A stretch of DNA of 48,750 nucleotides from Folioceros fuciformis (GCA_049999805.1 JBNGIO010005423.1:1-48750), one strand, 5' to 3'. Positions 10,691-23,189 are shown, numbered from the stretch's first letter. The notes: generated from the sequence alone by a model not told the origin. A program made the numbers and translations.

Positions 10691-13600
10691 TTGCACCTGT
10701 GCAAGGCGAACATGATCAGGGAGAGAGAGGGCCGTACCCTGAGGCCCCTGGCTATCGTGCAACCAGGTAGCGATGTGTCTAGGCAGCAGTCGCCATCGAC
10801 ATCGATCCCAGTTGCCGACCCCACAATGCATAGGGCGTTGTCAGAAGTGCATCGCGGCAAGACAGCTCCCGCAGTTAGCCAAGCTGCGATTGTGGGCTCC
10901 ATTCGGAGGTTCAACAGTGCCATTTCTGGAGGGCCATCGACCTATGCGGGAGAGTGGGTGGGGAGCCCGTCCCCTCCAGATGGCCCTCGAGCCCATCGCG
11001 ATTGAGAGGCAAATCGACAGGATGAGCCGGAGTTTGCTTCCTTGCGCGTAGCTGCTGGAAGAATTCCAGTCACCCAACTGCGGAATCACGGGATCCAGGT
11101 GTGAGCACCGCAGAAACGGGAGCGTGCCATAGGCATGCCTGTGGGTGGTGTGTCCAGTCGTTAGTAGGAGAAGCTATTAAGAGTGCAAGTTCCTCTCAAC
11201 AAAGAGCATGCTCGAGTGGATGTCAGTGATGCGGAAGGTGGGCAGGTTGTGTGCATGGCCGGATTGGACTGCACCCAAGTGGAATTTAGCATCCTCGTTG
11301 GCGTGCCGTACAACAAGACTCCATTTGCAGAAGGTATAGTAGTTGCAGCCCTCGTCGCTACTGTGGAGGCCCTGTTTTGTATCCCACCAAATAGCCTCGG
11401 GCCAGGCTCCTTTGTTGTGCGCATGCCACCAATTGCCGCTCGCACGAACATTGCCGGTGTGGCCAGTGACATCCCAGTCATCTTCCCCCCAGGAAGCATT
11501 GCCTCACAGAGCGCAGATCGACTAGCCCAAATGTTGTACATCTGGGACATACACTCCTAGTTCACGCCACAGCAATTGTGCCACTACAAAGAGCGAACCG
11601 GGGTGCACCCAAAAGACGTCTATGTCTGGGACACCGAGAAGGGGGAGGGCACACACATAATCGAGGAGGTCGATTGCGGCAGGTCGATGGACGGCACGGA
11701 GGGGCGGGTTCTGGAGATAATCTTTGACAGTGCTGACGACTGCCCATCCTCTCCAGACCTTGGCGGTGGCATCTCGTAGTCCCCAGTGGCCTCCGACCAT
11801 GACCTATGGCCAGCCCCCGCGCCGCGCATCCCTCTTCCCGCCAGTGTTGCTGCCGCAATCGATGGGCCAGATGTTCTCACAAGGGAAGTGGCTGTATCTT
11901 ATGGGCACACTTCGCCGGCGCCTCGCCGCGAACATGACATGGGAGTGTTCGCCATGTATGTAAGTATCCAAAGAAGGGAACGAGAAGAGGCACTTCTCGC
12001 AACGTGGCAGTCAACGTTCCTGGCCATAGAGGAGTTGCGTAGCACCATGCCAAATGCAATGAAGGGGAAGAGCAAGGCAGGGACAAGCCACAACGGTGGC
12101 CGAACCGTAGTGAACGGTGCACTCTTCTTTGAGATCCTTGGTAGCCTGTAAGACAGAGCTGCAATGATGGACGAAGGGGATGCGGATGTCGGAGCCAATG
12201 CCCTCACCAAACTGCAACAGCTAATTGACATGGGAGCTAGCACAAATTCGGCACATGGGTTGGCCTGCATCTACCACCTCCAGCGCATGGATGGAATTGA
12301 AATGTTCGACACTGCCACAATATAAGGGTTTTGGCTGCGCATGCATCCCTGGCTGTAGTGTTGGGGCAACTAATGGGGAACATGGCTGGAGGGTTGGATC
12401 TTGGGAACATGGGGGCCGTAGAGCTGTTGGAGACGCGCCGCACCACAAGCCTTAGGTACGCTATGGATGAGGAAGAGATGTTGCAACTACACAGCTCACA
12501 TCTGGAGTGGGTAGCTGCAAAGTCCTTCAATCACACCCCTTCCACAGAGGCGGAGAGCGCCGGGGATGCGCTCCACTTGCTCCGATCTGCAAAGGAGGCA
12601 CATGAGGCTGCGCAGGCAGAGATGCAGAGGTTCTCAACCACGGAGAAGGCACTATCCGCCTTTTGCATCGAGCAAGAGCGCCGGTTCAAGGACATTTTCA
12701 CATTGCAAGTTGAGGCTGGCTTGGAGTGCCAGCAGCTGTTTGACAACTTCTGCCGATGGGAGGATAGATGAGGTCCATTCCCCCCCATGCGCATCTTGTA
12801 CGCCACGAGATACGGGGAGCAAGGGGATGTGCTGCACGAACTGGGGATAGTTGATGCGGGTGGGCTAACTCGGCACTGCATTAGTGAGGCGTGGAGGCAG
12901 TTCTGGGAGATGCCTGCGTTTGTGGATGCGGTCTTCGAAAGGAACGTGGCAGAGGGGGCAACCGTGTTCCATGTGAGCCACAGGCCATCGTCAGACGCAC
13001 TGCAACGATGCACGGTGAGGCAAACATGAAGTTCAGACGCAGTCCAAGCTGACGCTGACATCACTTGTCCATACCATATGCTTGTGTTGCTTGCAAGCTA
13101 TGTTCTTCGGGCACCTTGTGTGCCTGGTGCTGTCTTGTGGGTTGCAGGTAAGTAGGCCAATGTCCTTCGCCACCCTTGCACACGCCTTAGGCAGCCAGAG
13201 GGATGGAGCTCACAAACAGTGGAGGGATGTCGACAACGAGAAGGTTCTAAAGCAGGCATTCAAGGCCAACATCCGGGCTACCCATCCCCAACTCACGGCC
13301 ATCCTGAAGATGCTGAAGCGAGCTGTGCGAGAGAGCACAGTGCTGCAAGAGGCTGCCATTTCAGCCGCAGTCACTTTGACGGCTGAGATGCTGCCTGAAT
13401 TTTTCAAACACGTTGTTGAGCTGAAGCCAGCTCATGGCTTTGGGAAGCAGGTCACTCGCATAACACGGAAGCTCCTAGAGCAGCATGTGTTTTCTCGATT
13501 GCTACATGTTGCCAGCTGGGTGGGAGAGGGATTTTGGTATGTGGTGCACAACTTGGACAAGAGGGCCATGCTGCAGTGCCTAGGGGAGTGCACATTTGAA

Positions 13601-13957
13601 GCCGTTACTTGCTTTTTCACTACAACTCTAGGCTATGGGGCAGACACGTTTATGAGTTTAGTGTGGTTTAAGGCATGCATTCCCCAGCTTGTGGAGATGT
13701 TAAAGGAGACCATTCGAGGCATGATATTTAGGGATAGGGCCTACCTATACACCTTCGTTATCGATCGTGTGTATTTCTCTAAGGTGGTGACCGTAGTAGT
13801 GAGGCAAGTGCCGATGTGGGCTCATGGGCAGTTATCGCAAGCTAGAACTTCCAACTACTCAGGAACCCTCCTCCTTCCACTCTTTGAGTTAAAGGTAGTG
13901 ATGGCCGCCCGTTTGGGTGAAGCCATCCGCATGAACGCTGTATATGGGAACCCGTGA
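10691..13957 (+). pseudogene. Decayed ~1050-codon ORF of unknown identity with one predicted intron
   Basis: ORFs at 10691, 11183, 11576 and 11786 share one frame, split by TAG/TGA/TAA. After a frameshift near 12320, ORFs 12331 and 12787 share a frame. A phase-0 GT-AG intron at 13015-13147 joins them in frame to the last 270 codons, ending at 13957. Confidence 0.6.
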
Positions 13958-13969
13958 ACTAATTCAAAG

Positions 13970-15986
13970 GAGGGGAATGACGCCTAGCATCCCCCTACGC
14001 CAAGGGAGGGAGATGACGCACAGCATCCCCCTACGCCAAGGCTAGGGATTGACACCCAGCATCCCCCTACGCCAAGGCTGGGGGATGACGCCTAGCATCC
14101 CCCTACACCAAGGCTGGGGGATGACGCCCAACATCCCCCTACGCCAAGGCTGGAGGATGACGCCCAACATCCCCCTACGCTAAGGCTGGGGGATGACGCC
14201 CAGCATCCCCCAACGCCAAGGCTGGGGGATGTCGCCCAGCCTTCCCCTACGCCAAGGTTGGGGATTGACGCCCAGCATCCCCCAATGCCAACAGTGGGGG
14301 ATGACGCCCAGCATCCCCTACGCCAACGGTGGGGGATGACGCCCAGCATCCCCCAATGCCAACAGTGGGGGATGACGCCTAGTATCCCCCTATGCCAACG
14401 GTGGGGGATGACGCCCAGCATCCCCCTACACCAAGGCAGGGGGATAACGCCCAATATCCCCCTACGCAAAGGGAGGGAAATGACGCCCAACATCCCCCTA
14501 CGCCAAGGCTGGGGGATGACGCCCTGCATCCCCCAGCCCGCCAAGGCTGGGGGATGTCGCCCAGCCTCCCCCTATGCCAAGGCTGGGGATTGACGCCCAG
14601 CATCCCCCAATGCCAACAGTGGGGGATGATGCCCAACATCCCCCTACGCCAAGGGGGGATGACGCCCAGCATCCCCCTACGCCAAGGGAGGGGGATGACG
14701 CCTAGCATCCCCCTACGCCAAGAGAGGGGGATGACGCCCAGCATCCCCCTACGCCAAGGGAGGGGGATGACGCCCCTACGCCAAGGGAGGGGGATGACGC
14801 CCAGCATCCCTCTACGCCAAGACTGGGGATTGACGCTCAGCATCCCCCTACGCCAACGGTGAGGGATGACGCCCAGCATCCCCCTACGCCAAGGGAGGGG
14901 GATGACGCCCAACATCCCCCTACGCCAAGGCTAGGGGATGACACCCAGCCTCCCCCTACGCCAAGGTTGGGGATTGACGCCTAGCATCCCCCTACACCAA
15001 GGGAAGGGGATGACGCCCAACATCCCCCTACGCCAATGGTGGGGGATGACGCCTAGCATCCCCCTACACCAAGGGAAGGGGATGACGCCCAACATCCCCC
15101 TACGCAAAGGGAGGGGATGACACCCAACATCCCCCTACGCCAAGGGAGAGGGATGACGCCCTGCATCCCCCTACGCCAAGGTTGGGGGATGATGCCCTGC
15201 ATCCCTGTACGCCAAGGTTGGGGGATGACGCCCTGCATCCCCCTTCGCCAAGGCTGGGAGATGACACTCAGCATCCCTCTACGCCAAGGCTGGGGATTGA
15301 CGCCCAGCATCCCCTTACGCCAACGATGGGGGATGACGCCCAGCATCCCCCTACGCCAAGGTTGGTGGATGACGCTCAACATCCCCCTACACCAACAGTG
15401 GGGGATGACGCCCAACATCCCCCTACACCAACAGTGGGGGATGACGCCCAACATCCCCCTACGCCAACGGTGGGGGATGACGCCCAGCATCCCCCTACGC
15501 CAAGGTTGGTGGATGACGCCCAGCATCCCCTACACCAACAGTGGGGGATGACGCCCAACATCCCCCTACGCCAAGGGAGGGGGATGACGCTCAGCATCCC
15601 CCTACGCCAAGGGAGGGGGATGACGCCCAGTATCCCCCTACGCCAAGAGAGGGGGATGATGCCCAACATTCCCCCACGCCAAGGCTGGGGGATAACGCCC
15701 TGCATCCCCCTACGCCAAGGTTAGGAGATGACGCCCAGCATGCCCCTACGCCAAGGCTGGGGATTGATGCCCAGCATCCTCCTACGCCAACAGTGGGGGA
15801 TGACGCCCAGCATCCCCCTACGCCAACAGTGAGGGATGACGCCCAGCATCCCCCTACGCCAAGGGAGGGGGATGACGCCCAGCATCCCCTTATGCCAATG
15901 GTGGGGGATAATGCCCAGCATCCCCCTACACCAAGGGAGGGAGATAATGCCCAGCATCCCCCTACGCCAAGGTTGGGCGTGCGCCC
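13970..15986 (+). repeat. Tandem array of ~55 x 36-bp hairpin-containing units
   Basis: Consensus GGGGGATGACGCCCAGCATCCCCCTACGCCAAGGCT; GGGGGATG/CATCCCCC form an 8-bp stem; 12-aa periodicity in the ORF track. Confidence 0.95.
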
Positions 15987-16468
15987 AATTAGAAATAATA
16001 GCAGACCACGTTGGTTTTATACCAATATGGTTAGTCAGCTAAACCTAGCAGTTAGTATAGGTAGTTAGCTAGGCTAGCGAAAGGACACACTGTAAGATCG
16101 CTAGAGGAGCATGGTGAAGGAGAGGAGAGAAGAAAGGGAGGACATACTCTCACAAAAGGTCTCAATATGCAAGGGAGCTCAAGGGGGTATTTATACCCTC
16201 TAGAAGAACTCTCCCTATGAAGTTTCACAAGAAGCGCACAGGAAGCTGCGTAAGAAGCTTCTTACAGATTATCTTAAGCTAATCTAAACTAATGATACTT
16301 AACTAGACACTAATCTTAGACTAAACACATTAGTCCAAGCACATTGGGCTTTAATAACCCTACACACACCCCTTACAAGACCACCTATAAAAGCCCACCT
16401 ATGAACACACTTAATTTATTGTTAATATAACATCTTTGCTTTAGACGCTTCCACATGCAATTCTAACT
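15987..16468 (+). repeat. 5' LTR of the copia element (482 bp)
   Basis: Starts AATTAGAAATAATAGCAGACCACG, ends CATGCAATTCTAACT immediately before the PBS; both ends match the 3' LTR. Confidence 0.9.
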
Positions 16469-16998
16469 TGGTATTAGAGCCTCAGCTCCTACCATGGTCT
16501 CTAGGTTCAATGGCTAGACTTTATACGTATTATTACCTAGGTGAGCCATGGACCTTTGAAGCTCCATGTGCTTGCTTATGGTGAGAAGAAAGTGAGACGT
16601 TGTTTTGGATAGCAGATTGATTCTATCTGACCACAAAAAGGCAGCTACGATGAGGTCCTCATCGTCGCTTCCATGCGATTTAATAGAAGAGCTTTCTCAA
16701 GCCCCGCAATGAATTTAGTTTGTCTATATTTATAGAACTTAAATTTTTTGTCTTCTACTTTTATATAAGTTTAGGAATAGCAAGAAAATAATGTAGAAAA
16801 ATTAAAACTAAATTTTCTATTTATTTTCTTGCCTCCTTTCCTATCTACTTGCCTACTGGATTTGAATGCGTGTATGTAGCTTGGTTCTTAAGATGGATAA
16901 AAGGGGAGGGGGAACCTCAAAGGTTTTTCTCTTTTCTAACATCTATCCTCTTCACCATCCTACATTCTCTTCTTTCCTAGCCACAAATCTCCGCAAAC

Positions 16999-18070
16999 AT
17001 GGCAAGGAATCGTCGCTCTCAACCCCAATCACGTCGCATTGGAGAGGATAGGGAGCGATCTCATGGGCGCCCCAATCAACGGAAAGTCACTCGAGGTTAT
17101 GGCTTCACTCAAGCACCTCGCCATTACCAGATGTTCGGCGAGAATTGGGTGGATGCCCTCATCCATACCTTGCAAGATCAAGGGTGGTCTCTCCCATCAG
17201 GATTCCATTGGATTGGGCGGAGAGCAATGAGGATTTGATAGTCATCGAATCTTGGCAAATACGGCATTCATCTCGAGAGGGGAAGCGCGAGATCTGTACA
17301 GGCCCCCAGGGCACCTCATTTTCTGGAGTCGGCGTCGACCAGGGAGACGCACTTTCACCAATCTTCCCGCCGGCCACCATCTCCACTGACCTCGGAGATG
17401 CGGGAGTGGGAGGCGCGTAAGGGGGAGGCGGGCAATTCACCCTAGGCGGTTCGTTGTCAGTTGCTCCCGCTGGCGAACCGTTATCCAACTTAAGTTGGAT
17501 TACGGGCGCCCCCGAATGGGTGCCACCCATTCAAAGGAACGACGTGTCCATTCCACGGAACAGTGCAACCGTTCAACAGAACACCACAACTGTTCAACGA
17601 AATGGCGTGACTGTTCAACGAAACGGCGCGCCCGTTCCGCAAACGGGTGTCACCCCCGTTACGTCGAACGGGGCCTCTAATACTTTTTCTTATGCTCTTG
17701 ATAATTTTTTTTCGGGCTCTTTTCCAGCAGAAACAGGTGGCGATTTTGGTGGCAATCCTCCTCAACTCCAACGGTTTTTGGCTATGCAAAGTGTGCCTCC
17801 TACACACTATTTCAACACTGGGACATCGTCAATATCTGCCGTCGTAACTATAAAGGAGGAACCAAGATCATCCTCCCCTACTTTCGAGACTTTGGAAGCT
17901 GCCTACAAGGAGTTCAAGTACAATGAGGACCAAGCCCAAGCTTCTACTCAAGAGCACGCTCTCTTCATTATCAAAACCTCTGGTAGTCGATCACACATAT
18001 CAGCACTAATCTTGTGAATGTTGTTGAAACTGTTCGGCAAATTGAGACAAGCTTTGATAAGGCGAGTGTT
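16999..18070 (+). pseudogene. Extra decayed ORF between PBS and gag inside the copia element
   Basis: aaacATGG start at 16999 (MARNRRSQPQ...); after a frameshift, ORFs 17145-17420 and 17454-18017 are in one frame; 21-bp (TVQRNGV-type) repeats near 17555-17650. Confidence 0.45.
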
Positions 18071-18322
18071 TTGAAAAACAATCTTGGAGCACAGGATTCA
18101 GCTGATGCATGGTAGGTGGCTGGTGTGAGTAAGATTGCTTTGAACTCCCCTAGAAAATTTTTTGCTCACACTACATTTGTGTTTTTCTGAGCCTTGTGTC
18201 ACAATACGTTGCTCGTTCACACAATTGTGGAGCCAAGGATTTGACCATGTCAAGAGGCACTCCACCACCACCACCACCTCCGCCATCTCTGGCTCTTGTG
18301 ATTAATGGTATGAACGTCTCTA

Positions 18323-21300
18323 TTGACTTTAAAGAGAGAGATCGGTTCAACGAGACCAAATATGAGATTTGGTCTCGACGCTCTCAATTTGCGCGATCTT
18401 CTCCCACTGGTGGAGGGTGTTTCCCCAAAGCCTACCGCACCTCAGTCAACGGTTGATGCTTGGCTCAAGCTGGATCGTCAAGCCATGCAAATGCTGGTTT
18501 CTTGCCTTGATGAAACCACCTTGCATCACACCGATGGTGCAACTACTTCAGCAGAGGCCTGGAAGCAGATCAATGACATCTATCAGTCAACGAATGTGAT
18601 GACTTTGGTCACCGTTCGACAAGAGTTCTACACTCTTCGGATGCAACAAGGTGATAGTGTTGCCCATCACGTGAGCCGATTCAAGTATCTTCGGGCACAA
18701 TTGGCTGCATTGGGGACTACAATGTCTGAATTTGATGCTGCTGTCCAGCTGCTAGCTAGCCTTCCGGCTAGTTATCAGTCGTTCGTCTCTTCCCAAAACC
18801 AGTTGGTCCAAATTTCATAACAAGCAGTGGCGACTGGTGGACAATCCACGCTAACTATGTCCTAGCTTGCTAGCGCGCTCCTTCAGGAGGAGGCATTTCG
18901 CTTCAACTCTAGCACATCTAAACATGGTGGAGAGCGAGTGATGTTTGTGGCTCGAGGACGGTCACAAAATCAACAACAGAAGAGAGGGACTAACCCCCGG
19001 AGAAACAACAACTCCCGCACATCAAAGGCTGCTCCTTCTGCCGCTTCCTCCTCCAAGCCTACAAAATGTCAAGGGACATGCAATTGGTGTCAGTCACCCG
19101 GCCATTGGGAGCGGGAGTGCAGAAAGAAGCAAGCCGGTGAGGCCAAGCGTGAGATCAAGACAGCTAATACAGCTGTCTTTTCCAAGGCCAAGACCCAGTC
19201 CAAGTCTGAGATTGCTTTAACCGTGTGCCAAGCTCCTTGCCATGACTCAGCAGGACTTGTATCGAGATAAGTTGCCCTCCTTGGCCAAGACACCACCTCT
19301 TTGTGAAGCGTGTGTGCTTGCCAAGCAGCGGAGCTCTCCCTACTCAAGTCTTCCTGCTCATAGGGTTTCTCAGCCTTTGGAGTTAGTTCACGTAGACTTG
19401 TGTGGACCTCTCCCTGTTACTTCTTTAGGCGGAGCACGCCATTTTATGACGATAGTGGATGATTATTCCCGCTACTCTTTGGCGTACCCGCTTTGTCTCA
19501 AGAGTGACTCCTTTGCTGTGTTCTCACCTTTTGTTTCTACGGCCGAGTTGCACACTGGCTGCAAGCTACGGTGCATCAGATCCGATAATGCGGGAGAACT
19601 CAACAACCATTAGTTCAAAGACTAATGTGAGGCGTGTGGGATCTTGAGACAATTCACTGTTCCCTACACTTCTGCTCATAATGGCATTGCTAAGAAGGCC
19701 AATGGCGATTTTATGGCCATGGCGTGGGCTATGTTAGCCTAGCCTCGCTTGCCTAAGTCTTTTTGGGCTGAGGCAATCTCTACGGCAGCCTACATCAAGA
19801 ATAGGTTACTGACCAAGTCCGTTGTTGGCCGTACTCCTTTCGAGTGTTGGCATGGGTACAAGCCTTTGATCACCCATTTGCACGTCTTTGGCTCTCCTGC
19901 TTATGCCTATGTCCCCTCCCAGCTTCGTGATAAGCTTTCTTCCCGAGCACGGAAGCTAGTGTTTGTGGGTTATAGTGAAGATCGCAAGGCGTACAAGTTG
20001 ATGGACGTGGCTACTTGGACTCTTGTTTATGCTCGAACTGTCACTTTTGACGAGGCTAGTATTCTCTCTTCTGGTCTGCTTCTGGATGAGGAGGATGATG
20101 CAGCTTCTATCCACCATAGTCCCCGCTCTACTGACGGCCTTTCTGTTCACTTTGATTTAAGCCCTTCGTCTTTTCCTGTTGGTGTTGTTCTTGTCCCTCC
20201 CATGGCTCCTTTACCTCAAGCAGTTCCAGATCTTCCAGTTCCTGCTCGAGAGGGGGAAGATGATCGGCCCATGGATGATGCACCAGGACAGCTGCTTCTG
20301 GATTTGGGGGGCATACATGATGGAGCGGCTCCAGATGTTCCTTTACCGCCTCCATCACCCCCGAGATCTGAAGTCGTTGTTCATGAGCGTAGTTACCCTA
20401 CACGTTAGAGACTACCAAGACACCTCTAGAATAAGAAGCCATTTGACTTGGAGTTCAATCAAGCTGGTTATACTGATCTTGATCTAGCCACCTATTCTTT
20501 TGCTATGAGTTCTGTAGTTTTTGAGGGAGATCCTCTCACACTTCAAGAAGCATGTGCTAGACCTGAGGCTAACAAGTGGAAACTGGCTGTTGACGATGAG
20601 TATAACTCTTTAGTCAAGAATAACACTTGGGCGTTAGTGGACCTACCCCCAGGAAGGACTAATGTCAAGTGCAAGTGGGTACTCAAAACAAAGTTTCAAG
20701 AGGTTGAGCCCCGCATACGTTATAAAGTGAGGTTAGCGGCCAAGGGCTATAGTCAGAAAGAGGGAGTCGACTATCAAGGCGATCAAGTCTAGTCACCTGT
20801 CGTTAAAGCAGCTTCGATAAGGATGCTCCTTGCTTTATGTGCTGAACTTAACTTGGACATCTGTCAGCTGGACGTTTGTACAGCTTTCCTCTATGGTCAC
20901 TTGGAAGAGGAGATCTAAATGGATCAACCTGAGGATTATGAGGATAAGAGATTCCCACATAAGGTGTGTAAACTTCTTCGTTCTATTTATGGGCTCAAAC
21001 AAAGTCCTCGACTGTGGTACAAGAGAATTGACTCTTATCTTAAGAAGATAGGCTTCGTGCAAAGCCAAGCAGATACTAACCTATATGTGCTACAAAAGGA
21101 CAGCTCGCTTGTTTTGATAGCGTTATACGTGGATGACTTAGTTATCCCCAGTAACAATGTGGATTTGGTTAACCAGATCAAGGTTGATCTTAGCAAGGAT
21201 TTTGAAATGAAAGATCTGGGTCAAGTTAAATACATTCTTGGAATGCATGTACACAAAGACACTGGAGCAATCTACCTTCATCAAGGTCGATATGTAGCCG

Positions 21301-21994
21301 GGATGCTCAAGAGGTTCAACCTGGAGAATGCACGAGCAGCTACCACCCCAGGTGTTGTTGGTGCTAAGCTCTCCTCATCTTCTTGTCACAGTCTGACGAA
21401 GAGAAAAAGGAAATGGAGAGTGTACCCCATCGTATGGCGGTTGGTACCCTCATGTTTCTAAGCATCTAGACACGACCAGACATATCTAATGCTGTTAATG
21501 CAGTTGCCCAATTCTCTGAGAACCTAGGAAGGGATCACTAGGTAGCTTTTAAAAGAATTATGCGGTATCTCAAGGGCACTCCTAACTATAGTCTTTGCTA
21601 CAAGCCTAGTGGCAAAAGGAGTCTACAAGTGACTTGCTATGTTGATGTAGATTGGGCTCCCGATGCAGACACCAAAAAGAGTCTATCGGCTCATTGCTTC
21701 CTCGCCGGCTCTACTGTTGTAAATTGGTCTTGTAAGAAACAAGCCTCTATATCTTTATCTTCCACGGAGTCAGAGTACAAAGCACTCACAGAAGCCACAA
21801 AGGAGGCTGAGTGGGAAAGGAAGTTATGCGAAGACTTGGGTATGCAACAAGCAAGACCTACGCTTATTACTTGTGATAATATGTCAGTCATCGCCTTGGT
21901 TTCTAACCCTGTGTTTCACGCCCGCACTAAGCACATTGAGATTCAACATCATTATGTTAGAGATGCTGTTGCGAGGGGCTTAGTGAAGATATAG
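18323..21994 (+). pseudogene. Copia gag-pol remnant (gag, zinc knuckle, integrase, RT, RNase H; protease deleted)
   Basis: Gag QEFYTLRMQQGDSV; CNWCQSPGHWERECR; LELVHVDLCGP, IVDDYSRY, IRSDNAGE; KCKWVLKTK, YGLKQSPRLW, LYVDDL; SLSSTESEY, CDNMS, ARTKHIEI. Multiple stops and frameshifts. Confidence 0.93.
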
Positions 21995-22296
21995 TATGTA
22001 TCAATAGATGATAATTGTAGCTATGTGACGCTAGACAAATCACTCGTTTGGTGAGGCTCTTGCGTTTGATCCATCATCTACGAAGATAACTTAAGTTGAA
22101 GACTTGCTTCTGCTCTGGTCATGACTGGTGCTCTACTGCGTGAGTTGCTGTCGACGACAGACTCAACGTCAGTAGGTGCAACTAGAAGATGTGACAACCA
22201 AGCCGAAGATGGTAGCCTTCAGTGGCAATTTCTTTTAGTAGTGATATCCTTTTCTTAGTTCGGAGCTCTTAGAACAGCAACGTGTCTAAGAGGGAG

Positions 22297-22485
22297 AGTT
22301 AGAAATAATAGTAGACCACGTTGGTTTTGTACCAATATGGTTAGTCAGCCAGACCTAGCAGTTAGTATAGGTAGTTAGCTAGGCTAGCGAAAGGACACAC
22401 CCCTTACGAGACTACCTATGAACACACTTAATTTATTGTTAATATAGCATCTTTGCTTAAGACGCTTCCGCATGCAATTCTAACT
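22297..22485 (+). repeat. 3' LTR of the copia element (189 bp, internally deleted)
   Basis: AGTTAGAAATAATAG...GCAATTCTAACT; lacks ~280 bp that lie between two ACACAC microhomologies in the 5' LTR. Confidence 0.9.
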
Positions 22486-22700
22486 GCCCAGCATCCCCCT
22501 AGAGATGATGGATGCGCGCTCAGCGCCCAGCATCCCCTACGCCAAGGTTGGGCGCGCGCCCAGCATCCCCTACGCCAAGGTTGGGCGCGCGCCCAGCATC
22601 CCCTACGCCAAGGTTGGGCGCACGCTCAGCATCCCTCTAGAGATGATGGGTGCGCGCTTAGCATCCTGCGAGGCACAAGGCTGGGCGTGTGCCCAACCAT
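22486..22700 (+). repeat. Continuation of the tandem array (33-bp GCGCGC-containing variant)
   Basis: GCGCCCAGCATCCCCTACGCCAAGGTTGGGCGC x3 plus degenerate units; resumes exactly after the 3' LTR. Confidence 0.85.
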
Positions 22701-23189
22701 GCCTCTGGCACACGCTGGCCACGCGCCCAAGATCGTGCCTCACACAATGGTGGGCACGCGCTCACTATTGTGTAAGGCATTCCCTACGAGATTGTTGGGG
22801 GCGCGCCGCATCCTGTGAGGGAGATGCTAAGCGCGCATGCTGAGTATCCCCCTCCGTCAAGAGATAGGGGGAGGCACAAGGGTGGTGGGGGCAAAGTGGC
22901 CTCCATGTACAATGGTATTGTGTAATGTAGCTTCGATTGCAATTGTGTAATGAAGAGGGCACCTACCATTGAAACCCCCACAACGAGTAATGTTCATGGC
23001 AGTAGTAGAGACCAAAGTGGGAAGGTGGGTTAAGAATAAAAATATGTCAAAACTTTCAAGTTCCAAGTTGGTGCAACCACGACCTTCCAAGCAAAAGCAA
23101 TGGAAAACAAACATACCTCGAGCAAACGCGAACATAGTGGACTTGAAGCCAACCCCCCCTACTTAAGACCAATTTTTCTAAAAGGAGGT

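Larger units (their letters stand above)
15987..22485 (+). mobile_element. Ty1/copia LTR retrotransposon, degenerate, with both LTRs
   Basis: 5' LTR 15987-16468; PBS TGGTATTAGAGC 16469-16480 (tRNA-iMet type); gag-integrase-RT-RNaseH order; PPT AAGAGGGAG 22288-22296; 3' LTR 22297-22485; flanked by GCCC at 15983-15986 and 22486-22489. Confidence 0.95.

Noticed and set aside
13970-15986. CRISPR-like array (palindromic repeats, 36-bp period)
   Set aside because: Linkers are only 12 nt and recurrent rather than unique spacers; no cas genes; eukaryotic context.
14092-16068. Repetitive ORFs on both strands (MTPSIPLRQGWG, GDDAQHPPTP, MLGVIPLPWRRG)
   Set aside because: By-product of a stop-poor 36-bp unit; frequent 1-bp indels show no frame is maintained.
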